A DNA stretch of 64,000 bases, taken from the IMG/VR virus record IMGVR_UViG_3300033513_000003, positions 7,533 through 71,532 of that record; one strand, 5' to 3'. Below the pieces are notes generated by a model that saw only the letters and a program-made list of their open reading frames with translations, did no database searches and was not told the origin of the DNA. Both the position numbers and the translations under genes were made by a program. This DNA comes from a virus (taxonomy: Duplodnaviria > Caudoviricetes). Every line of letters starts with the position of its first letter. Within the stretch, counting starts at the first letter, position 1. This document shows, piece after piece, positions 53,289 through 61,605 of this stretch.

Positions 53289-54339
53289 TCCACACCATAT
53301 CCTGTATTTGAAGCATGAGTTCTGCAGCAAACTTTATGTCAGGACGCTTAGGAAGAAGCGTCTTTGCATACAGATCTTCTCTTACCTGCTTGTCTAAATC
53401 TTCGGCGTACTTGATCAGTTCGTCGTATGTCCAAGCACCATTGCGAATTGCAAGCAGTTCTTCTGCATCAGGACGACGAACTAAGATTGTCCCAGTCTGC
53501 AAAGCTTCTGCACCTGTACGAAGCAAACGAACAAGATGCATTGCATGCTTGGTGTCGTAGCCATGCTGTTCTTCCAAAGCACTGCGTTTTTCATTGCGGT
53601 TCTTTTTCCAAGTCCAGTAGTTTGTGTGCATATCTTTTGCAGCTTCGTACACGTTACGGTTGAACTTCATGATGAACAATGGCGTACCCAAGTCATGGCT
53701 GTCGCCTTCGTAATCAAGGTTCAATTTACCGATCTTGTCGAACGGGCTGTAACCTTCAACTGCGTACACACCAAACGTATCACCACTGAATGGAACGAGG
53801 CGATGGTTAGTGTCATAGTCACGCAACAGTACTTTGAACGTCTTTGCACCAGTGAAGTTATGCACCAATGTCACAAAGTCAACTTGCTGAGGTGCTTCAA
53901 CAGGCTGTGGGTTGTTGATCCATTTGTTGTGGCCTTTGATACGCTTTAGTTGCGACAATGCATATCCGCTATATGTGAATGCAATCTTCGAGCTCAGTAA
54001 CTTGTGGGCATTTGCACGAAGCAATTCGTATGCAGGTGTTGAAAACACCACATCTTTTTCGTCCACAAACAAAGTTTCAACTATGTTTGGGTTGCCATCC
54101 ACAACGAGCTTCATGAATTGAGCCAGTTCGTAGAACTTTGTGTCTTCTTCGGAAGTGTCGCTCACTTCTTCTATACGGTAAAATGGCGTACGGATATTGA
54201 CAGGATCCGCAACAAAGATCCCACGAAAGTCGACATCAGACGTCGGCAGGCTAGTGCCATATGCATGGCTTCCCGCGTAGTGTTTGCAGAGCAAGTTGTC
54301 GTTCATCAGCTCTTGGGCTGTTTTTATTGTAAAAGACAT
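53275..54339 (-). CDS. Pol-beta superfamily nucleotidyltransferase (RlaP-like)
   Basis: GSHAYGTSLPTSDVDFRGIF, GNPN..E.LF, YDTKHAMHLVRLL. Confidence 0.8.
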   Translation of the reverse strand: MSFTIKTAQELMNDNLLCKHYAGSHAYGTSLPTSDVDFRGIFVADPVNIRTPFYRIEEVSDTSEEDTKFYELAQFMKLVVDGNPNIVETLFVDEKDVVFSTPAYELLRANAHKLLSSKIAFTYSGYALSQLKRIKGHNKWINNPQPVEAPQQVDFVTLVHNFTGAKTFKVLLRDYDTNHRLVPFSGDTFGVYAVEGYSPFDKIGKLNLDYEGDSHDLGTPLFIMKFNRNVYEAAKDMHTNYWTWKKNRNEKRSALEEQHGYDTKHAMHLVRLLRTGAEALQTGTILVRRPDAEELLAIRNGAWTYDELIKYAEDLDKQVREDLYAKTLLPKRPDIKFAAELMLQIQDMVWNERK

Positions 54340-54351
54340 GATGACTCCAAA

Positions 54352-54390
54352 TAAAAAAATGTGGCAGATGCACTATCCTACCACATTTTA
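54352..54390 (-). terminator. Intrinsic terminator after uvsX
   Basis: AAAATGTGG...CCACATTTT hairpin plus T tract on the - strand. Confidence 0.65.
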
Positions 54391-54408
54391 CTTACAATTA
54401 CAACAGGT

Positions 54409-55527
54409 TTAGGATGTTTTGCTTGATCGTTTTACTGATTGGTTGTCAGTCACTTCTACAAAATCTTCCTGTATTTCTGCCATCATGTTAACAAACTTTG
54501 CTTGCTTTGCTTCACATAGGTTAACAATTCGCGCCATCATTTCTGGATCGCCTTCAAAGTCAGTACGTCGTTTGCTTTCACCATCTTCAACTAGCGAATA
54601 CCAAGAACCGCTCTTAACAATAACACCCAAGCTGACTGCAATATCAAACATACCACTAAATGGATCAATTCCTGTTTCATATGGAACATGAACTGTGGTT
54701 GTTTGGAATGGAGAGCCGAATCGAGTTTTAAATCCTTCAGCTTTCAAGCGAATACCAATAACATCACCCATTGGATCTTTGCTGCCTTCTTGTTTGAGTT
54801 TTAGTCGCGTAGCCAGCAGTATTTGTGAACATGCATAACGAATTGCATCATTAACTACCCAAAGGCCTTCACCAGCCAATAGTTGATCTTGCCTTGCTTT
54901 GTATACTTGTTTTGTTACCACAATAGATACGTTGAGGTTCTTGATTAACTGAACCCATGTGCGAAGCATAGACTTTAGCATTCGAGTGTGTTGACCTTGA
55001 TCGAACTGAACGTCGCCAGTATCAGCCGCTTTTGCTTCTGCTTCGGTCATCAGGTAATCAAGCGAATCCACCACGATTAAAACACGTGGAGATTCTCCAC
55101 TTTCCCCGTTGTCGGCTTTGTAACCTTCTAGGAACATTTGTACGATTTTTGTTGCTTGTGTTATGGTACTTAGTGAAATGCGTTTGTAGGATGGACTATC
55201 TGTATCAACGCCAACACCAGACATAAATGTCGAATCCAGAGCATTTTCGCTATCGAGCACCAAGACGATTGACCCTTCTGCTTGAGCCTGTTTAACTAAG
55301 TTACCGGCCAAGAAACTTTTACCAGCTGATGATGGTCCGCAAATTGCCGTGATTCGTCCCTGGGGGATTCCTCGTAGGAAACTACCGCTCATTACGCGAT
55401 TAATTGCATGACTTCCAAATGAAGTCCAATAACGAGGTGGCTGGTCAGTTGTTACTACACCATCCATTTTTTCCAATTCTTTATCAAAGGATTTAAGAAA
55501 ATCCATTGCTACACCTGCTTTTGCCAT
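54409..55527 (-). CDS. uvsX: RecA-like recombinase (UvsX)
   Basis: GPSSAGKS Walker A, LDSENA, VDSL, KTRFG, YETGIDPFSG. Confidence 0.9.
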   Translation of the reverse strand: MAKAGVAMDFLKSFDKELEKMDGVVTTDQPPRYWTSFGSHAINRVMSGSFLRGIPQGRITAICGPSSAGKSFLAGNLVKQAQAEGSIVLVLDSENALDSTFMSGVGVDTDSPSYKRISLSTITQATKIVQMFLEGYKADNGESGESPRVLIVVDSLDYLMTEAEAKAADTGDVQFDQGQHTRMLKSMLRTWVQLIKNLNVSIVVTKQVYKARQDQLLAGEGLWVVNDAIRYACSQILLATRLKLKQEGSKDPMGDVIGIRLKAEGFKTRFGSPFQTTTVHVPYETGIDPFSGMFDIAVSLGVIVKSGSWYSLVEDGESKRRTDFEGDPEMMARIVNLCEAKQAKFVNMMAEIQEDFVEVTDNQSVKRSSKTS

Positions 55528-55547
55528 TTGTTATTCCTCCAATTATA

Positions 55548-55569
55548 AAGGGAGCGCAAGGGCTCCCTT
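55548..55569 (-). terminator. Intrinsic terminator after ssb
   Basis: AAGGGAGC/GCTCCCTT hairpin. Confidence 0.75.
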
Positions 55570-55585
55570 CATAGTTACAACGTTG

Positions 55586-56494
55586 TTATTCTGCTGCTTG
55601 TGCTTGTGCGGCACGACGGCGACGGATTACTTCAAGCATGTCGTCCACGCTAGAGTTTCCTTCATCAGCTTTTGCGGCTGGTGCAGGTGCAGCAGCTTTC
55701 GCTGGAGCAGCTTTCGCTGGAGCAGATTGCTCGAAAGGAACGTCGTCATCTTCACCGTTACCTTCGGACACAGCACCACCGTTGATATCAGCATTCAGGT
55801 AAGCCTGAACCTTATCAAGGCCTGGGTTCTTTGGCAGCAGAGATGCCAAGTCGCCCATACCTTCGGAAGCAGCTGCAATTTCGTCGTCAGTCAAGGAACG
55901 TTGTTTGGATAGGAACTTTGTACCAACCATGTAGTCAGCGTATCCACCTTTTTCTGTCTTCTTGATTACGAAGTCATAACCATCTTTGAATTCGTAAGGA
56001 ATGCTTTCCAGTGGATCATCCACGGATGCAAACGAATCTTTGATGATGTTGTGGATCTGGTAGCCCAGTGCAAAGTAACGAACCTTACCAGCATGAGTTT
56101 CACCAGTTGCTGCGTCAGCAGGAATCGGATCTTCAATAACGATTGCTTGTGCAATGTATTGCTTCTTTCTCCAGTACTTCTTGCCGTTTGCTTCGTCCTT
56201 GTTCTTGTAGTAGTCTTGGCTAAGTTTGCAGATTGGGCAATCTTCGCCGTACATGCTCAGGCATGGAACAGACTTGTTCTTACCATTGACAGTAAGATTG
56301 TGGAACACTTTTTCGACCAGGAAGCCACGTGCATTGTCTTCGTTGAGGTCAGGAAGGAAGCGGATTACGCAACGCTGATTGGTTGGCATATTCCAGAAAG
56401 GATAGTACTTGTTTGTAAAGTTGCCTTTGTTGCCTTGGTTGTTGTCGTCGCCACCGAACGCGGCTTTGAGGGATTCGAGAGTTCTTTTTGACAT
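55586..56494 (-). CDS. Single-stranded DNA-binding protein (gp32-like)
   Basis: VIRFLPD, C......CPIC, G.DF.IKKT.KGGYADY, acidic tail. Confidence 0.85.
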   Translation of the reverse strand: MSKRTLESLKAAFGGDDNNQGNKGNFTNKYYPFWNMPTNQRCVIRFLPDLNEDNARGFLVEKVFHNLTVNGKNKSVPCLSMYGEDCPICKLSQDYYKNKDEANGKKYWRKKQYIAQAIVIEDPIPADAATGETHAGKVRYFALGYQIHNIIKDSFASVDDPLESIPYEFKDGYDFVIKKTEKGGYADYMVGTKFLSKQRSLTDDEIAAASEGMGDLASLLPKNPGLDKVQAYLNADINGGAVSEGNGEDDDVPFEQSAPAKAAPAKAAAPAPAAKADEGNSSVDDMLEVIRRRRAAQAQAAE

Positions 56495-56689
56495 CTTAGT
56501 TTCTCCTAATGTTCTTCTAATTATTATTGGACTCTTCTATACATGAACTTATTTTTGTTCACTTCTAACAATCTTCTATTCATCTACAAATAAAGTCAAC
56601 AGACGTTGGACAATCCAATTAAGGCTGCGTCTCAGCCTTGTTCATTTCTGAACAAAGGTATTTATGATTGGTGAACGAAAAGACACCAA

Positions 56690-57076
56690 TCACAAATTAA
56701 TGGGTATAAGGTATTGTTCAGCGGCAGCTTTTATGTCTGCATACTGTGTGTCTGTTAGTTTACGTGTTGTATGTGCATCCACAATTAGAACTTGTACGTC
56801 ATCCCATGTTTTTGTGTCAAATGCGTGCATAAATGCTGGATATGCTGTCATGAATGCGTTCATTCCAACAATTCCACCTAGTGCATTTTTGAATGCTTTT
56901 AGGAACAATTCTGGTCCTTTAGTTTGTGGCATAGTTCCGCCATTCACCACCGCGTGGTGGAATTCCAAGTCTTCGATTACTTCTGGCGTTGTTGGAATCC
57001 AGTCCACTGGAACATCAAATATATCTGTCTCTAGTCGATGATGATGGCCACCTAGTGGATCTAAAAAGTATAGCAT
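56690..57076 (-). CDS. Hypothetical protein
   Basis: AAGGA RBS. Confidence 0.65.
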   Translation of the reverse strand: MLYFLDPLGGHHHRLETDIFDVPVDWIPTTPEVIEDLEFHHAVVNGGTMPQTKGPELFLKAFKNALGGIVGMNAFMTAYPAFMHAFDTKTWDDVQVLIVDAHTTRKLTDTQYADIKAAAEQYLIPINL

Positions 57077-57084
57077 GTTCGTCC

Positions 57085-59105
57085 TTATGTGTTGTAGTTC
57101 AGACCAGGATGTCTAATCTGAGTAGCAGTAAACTGGGGATTTGTTGACCCAATTTGAAGTACGGATTGTCCTCCATATCCCCAAGCGTACAGGTTATTTT
57201 TGTTAGTTGCTGCTACATAGCAACGACCGTAAGTTGTTCCGTATAGTACACCCACAGTCGTAAACCATTCACCAGAAGGGCAATATCCATACGCACCCGT
57301 GGCGGACTGCACCGTTGATCCATTACCATAATATCCGCTGGCGTCGTTCTGACCAAGGATGGCATATTTTGGGTTACCAGGTGCTGAGCCCACAAATAAC
57401 GTTGTATAATACCCGTACGTGTTTGAATTTCCTTGTCTATTCAAAAAGTATGGTGCCGTAAATCCATTTGCTGCAGATACTAGCGGAATTTTTGTTGGTA
57501 TTAAGACGTCAGTTGCAGTACCATTAGCCATTTGGTTTAGACCATTATATCCCCATCCCCACAAATCACCAGCTGTTGTTAGTACCCACTCTGAGCCAAT
57601 ACCGTGAACAACATAGTCAACTGCCGTTCCAAGTGTACCGTTCCACACAGGATAGGCTACAGTTTGTTGTGTTCTTGTATTATTGCCAATTTGACCCCAT
57701 CCGTTATAGCCTGCTGTTAAGATAACACCATCGGCGCGGCGTAATCCACAAGATGTGCCTGCAGCACCAGATGTAACATAATAATCATTACCAAACTGCA
57801 TATCGACAGGTGGGTTTGCCGCACTCACACCCCAACTTGCTGTTACATCAACTGGTACGGTTGAGCTTGTTACGGTTCCATTACCAAAAGTTCCATAGCC
57901 GTTATACCCCCAGGCATATAGTTTACCTGCTACAGGATCCCACGCAAAGTTGTATGGGGCATTATACCCAGCAACCCATACCTTTGAAATATTAGTTCCG
58001 AGTGAGGTTATTCTTGTCCAGACTGATACGTTTGTTGTGTTTCCTAGCCCAAGCTGTCCGTTAGCATTAACACCCGTAGTATAGATATAACCATCTACGC
58101 TTTTGACAAAAACAGATACGTTTGTGTTAGTGAAAGCTCCAGATGTGTGGCCAAATATATCCACAATGCCCGTGGCTGTTAATACTGGAATACCAACAAC
58201 AGATGTCACGCCTAATCCACCTTGGCCCAGGTTGTTTATGCCCAGTAATATAGCTGTCCTGTTGATGTTAATACATACGTATCCTCGCCAGTATACACCA
58301 CTTTTATGACCTCACCAGTTGGCATGTTCCCAGCTGTGTTAAGATTGACTTTAACCCACTGACCATATACCCCATACTTTGTCTGTGAGCCATTGCCCTG
58401 CGAAGGACTTGAATAGTTGGCAATAGAGCCTGCATCACCAGCCGTCTGGTATAATTCGCCGTTGGAAATCAAAAATAGACCGTTACTGCCAGTATTGCTG
58501 AGGAAAGTTACATCCTGTTGCTGAAACTGCGTCATCGGGCGTTCGGATGATAGCATGTCAAGGACGTTAGATGATGAACCCACAACTTTAGTTGGTGCAG
58601 CCACCCAAACACCTGGTGTTGCTTGACTAATTTCGATGTATCCAACAATTCTGAATGCTACTTGTGTTGGACCAGTAATAGAATATATGGTATTGGAGAT
58701 GTTAGATACTGTGTTTAGCACTAAAGCACGAATCGGCAGGCTTTCATTCAAGACAATACCGTTATCAACGTTGACAATACCAAGCTCAACTGTTCCTGCT
58801 ATATTTAGCGCAAGGATAGCCAATGTTGCAGTTATACCACCAATTGTACCTAGTGTTGCACCAGACGGTGCAGTAAGAGTTAGAGGCGATGTGATAGATA
58901 TTGAAGTTGACCCAGATGCAGATGCAGGTACGTTGCGGAAATCTAAAACGCACGGATTGAGTGTAATATTCAGGGTATTAGCGCCAACTGAAGTAGTTAT
59001 TGTCGGAGGTTTAGCTGAAATACCTCCAGAGTTGAACGCAATAGCGTCAACTCCATTAATTTGTAGTGCACCATCAAGTGCGGTGGATCTAATCGAAACA
59101 GGCAT
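57085..59105 (-). CDS. RCC1-repeat tail-fibre-like protein split by a 1-nt frameshift at ~58241
   Basis: GQLYYW|GINNLGQGGLG continues in the -1 frame; further RCC1 repeats (GQLGLG, YAWGYNGYG) downstream. Confidence 0.7.
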
Positions 59106-59116
59106 TGTGTTTTCCT

Positions 59117-59428
59117 TTAAGGTTTAGGATATTTAGCCTTTACCGCTTTGCAAGCGTCAATATATCTTTGAATAGCAGCTTGGTCACCTTTTACGACTGC
59201 ATCCAGATATTCAGTTATCTGTGGATATTCAGCAGCACGTTTATCAGCATATGTCATCTTCGACAATGCTTCTTGCCTTATTTTATCGTGCATTTCATTT
59301 ATGATTGTGTTCGCTTCATCGAGAGATACCGGTACATGGTCACTCGTTATGAGGTGATCTTGTGTTCCATCTTTCAAAAAACCGTGAATTTGGCCTGTTT
59401 TTATGTTTTTGAATCTTTTAAATTCCAT
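59117..59428 (-). CDS. Tail fibre assembly/chaperone-like protein
   Basis: YADKRAAEYP...YLDAVVK...CKAVKAKYPKP motif. Confidence 0.7.
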   Translation of the reverse strand: MEFKRFKNIKTGQIHGFLKDGTQDHLITSDHVPVSLDEANTIINEMHDKIRQEALSKMTYADKRAAEYPQITEYLDAVVKGDQAAIQRYIDACKAVKAKYPKP

Positions 59429-59437
59429 GGCAATTCC

Positions 59438-60034
59438 TTAGTAATACGTATATATGAACTGGCCTGCTGTGCCGTTCGTTCCAACATAGTATGACCATCC
59501 AGGTGGGCAAATTGCAGTTGCACCACAGGATGCGCCTGCCGTTCCGTTGTATAGTATACCTGCCGCACCAATAAAGTTTGTTACGCCCCCATTTGCCGAG
59601 AGCAAAATAGCTGGGGTTAAATATGTAGCGCTGTTTGTCCAAACAAAGCCAGCTGAAATATGTAGCGGATATCCATAAGTATTGGTAATCCATGTGTTAA
59701 AAGCACTAGCTACAGTAGCATGAGTCAAGAAATTGCCCATTGTTAGTGCGTTATATCCATTAACATATAGGTTAGTGTTTGGCATTACATAGTTTGCACC
59801 ATCGTAATACAGATATCTTACTCCAGATGTGCCAAAGTATATCACACCCGTTGCACCACCTGCTCGTGATGCTAAAATATCACCGGATGGAGTTAGTAAG
59901 GCCTGCCCTGTTCCGATAGATCCAACTTGGCCTGTGAATGTTATGTTTCCTGTAGAGTCAAAGGTTGCTATACTGACGTTGTTAACCTGAAGTGCACCCG
60001 TGTTTGTTGCGCTAGCGCTTATCGAAACTGTCAT
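59438..60034 (-). CDS. Tail fibre-like protein
   Basis: G.IYFG...RYLYYDG module. Confidence 0.65.
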   Translation of the reverse strand: MTVSISASATNTGALQVNNVSIATFDSTGNITFTGQVGSIGTGQALLTPSGDILASRAGGATGVIYFGTSGVRYLYYDGANYVMPNTNLYVNGYNALTMGNFLTHATVASAFNTWITNTYGYPLHISAGFVWTNSATYLTPAILLSANGGVTNFIGAAGILYNGTAGASCGATAICPPGWSYYVGTNGTAGQFIYTYY

Positions 60035-60043
60035 GTCTATTCC

Positions 60044-60940
60044 TTATTTGATTCTTTGGCAAGTTAACATTGAAGGAAGAGCTGTACCAAAAGAGCCATT
60101 GGCATCAATAATTATCCCCCAAATTTCAATATAGTCAGTTGTTCCATTAAGAAAAACTGGCGTAGATACTGTGTATACACCATCATTAGGCGAATAACTA
60201 TGTTGGCCATATGTATATTGTGCACTATTTTTATAGATCAATACTGTTGCTCTATTTGCGGCAGCGCCTGCTAGATAAATCTGCGCTGATATTTGGTACA
60301 TTCCAGGAACAGGCGGAGTAAATCTGAAGTTAGTAACTGCATCGTAACTATTATACGGATCAGATGCTTTACTATTGAGGTTCATTCTTGCGGGAATACC
60401 GTTTGTCATACCTCCGGCTGGGCCAGCAAAAGTAATTATACAGTTAGGACCTTGAATACCATCTGTTACTACCTGCCACTTACCGGCCACAGGATCAGAT
60501 TCGAGTATAAGATGATCTCCCAAAACTGCCATTTTTAGTGTATTTACTGATGCACCGCTGATTGCGATTGTATCTGTTGAACTTACAGCAATGTTCATTA
60601 AAGTACCAGTGAGTGCGCCCTGCTTTAACTTCACTCTATATGGAGCTGGGAGTGTGGCAACTGCTGGTAAAGTAAATGTTAATGGGGCATCCAGTACAAA
60701 TAGCGAATTATTATCAGTTGCTACTGGTGTGTAGTTAGTGGTTAAATGCACAACACGACCATATCCTTGAAACCACACGTTTCCTGTGGCATCAACGGTT
60801 AAGATGTCCTGTGTTGTGGCACCACTATTACCACGAGCAATCTTCATTGTGCCATTGGCAGCACTGGAATCCAACATAAAGTTGTTTGTTGGTGTGGCGT
60901 CAGCGCCTAGTTGTACTTGTGCTTTAATTAGTCCAGCCAT
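60044..60940 (-). CDS. Tail fibre-like protein with C1q-like C-terminus
   Basis: IARGN.GAT.QDIL; FTPPVPGMYQI...NGTTDYIEI. Confidence 0.65.
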   Translation of the reverse strand: MAGLIKAQVQLGADATPTNNFMLDSSAANGTMKIARGNSGATTQDILTVDATGNVWFQGYGRVVHLTTNYTPVATDNNSLFVLDAPLTFTLPAVATLPAPYRVKLKQGALTGTLMNIAVSSTDTIAISGASVNTLKMAVLGDHLILESDPVAGKWQVVTDGIQGPNCIITFAGPAGGMTNGIPARMNLNSKASDPYNSYDAVTNFRFTPPVPGMYQISAQIYLAGAAANRATVLIYKNSAQYTYGQHSYSPNDGVYTVSTPVFLNGTTDYIEIWGIIIDANGSFGTALPSMLTCQRIK

Positions 60941-61596
60941 TATATTACCCTTTTAACTGTTATTCTGCCAGTCCATGGCACTGCAATGGAGAAGGTGCCT
61001 AGTGAAGTCCATGGTGTTGTTACATCTTGCCACTCAATGTTCATAGTGCCTGCAAATAATACTGTAGCGGATGATTCTTGCGACGAAACTTGCCAATATT
61101 TGCCAGCTGTGGCTGTGCTTATATGGCCTCGCCCAAAAAATAGTTGGCCACCGTTAATACCAACATACGCCGGAGCATTACCTGTTGCACTGGCAACTGC
61201 AGACGTACCAGCTGCGTATACTTCACGAAGAGTGAATACGTTACCATAGTTAATGTTGTTGGGGAATAGATAAAACCCTGCACCTGCAGCAACCCTGCTT
61301 TTATTTACCATGAAAACTTCGAATAGTTGGTTATCTCCACATGCAACGTGTAACGGAATTGAGTTTGCTGCAGTTGCATCAACAAAACAGCTTTGTCCAG
61401 GCAATAATATGATGTCTGCTACAGCACCCGTGTTGTTGATGGGTGTAAATAATTGTTCGAAAGTAATTGGTTGGTGTATGGCAGTGCCAGCCGGTGCAGA
61501 CATTGAAGACGTAGCTGTGACAGTTCCTCCTATCACAGTTCCCATATTCAGGCTTGGACCAGTAATACCGTTTGTTCCATCTATTTGTACAGTCAT
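60940..61596 (-). CDS. Tail fibre-like protein
   Basis: MTV.IDGTNGIT start typical of fibre modules. Confidence 0.6.
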   Translation of the reverse strand: MTVQIDGTNGITGPSLNMGTVIGGTVTATSSMSAPAGTAIHQPITFEQLFTPINNTGAVADIILLPGQSCFVDATAANSIPLHVACGDNQLFEVFMVNKSRVAAGAGFYLFPNNINYGNVFTLREVYAAGTSAVASATGNAPAYVGINGGQLFFGRGHISTATAGKYWQVSSQESSATVLFAGTMNIEWQDVTTPWTSLGTFSIAVPWTGRITVKRVI

Positions 61597-61605
61597 TTAT
61601 GTTCC

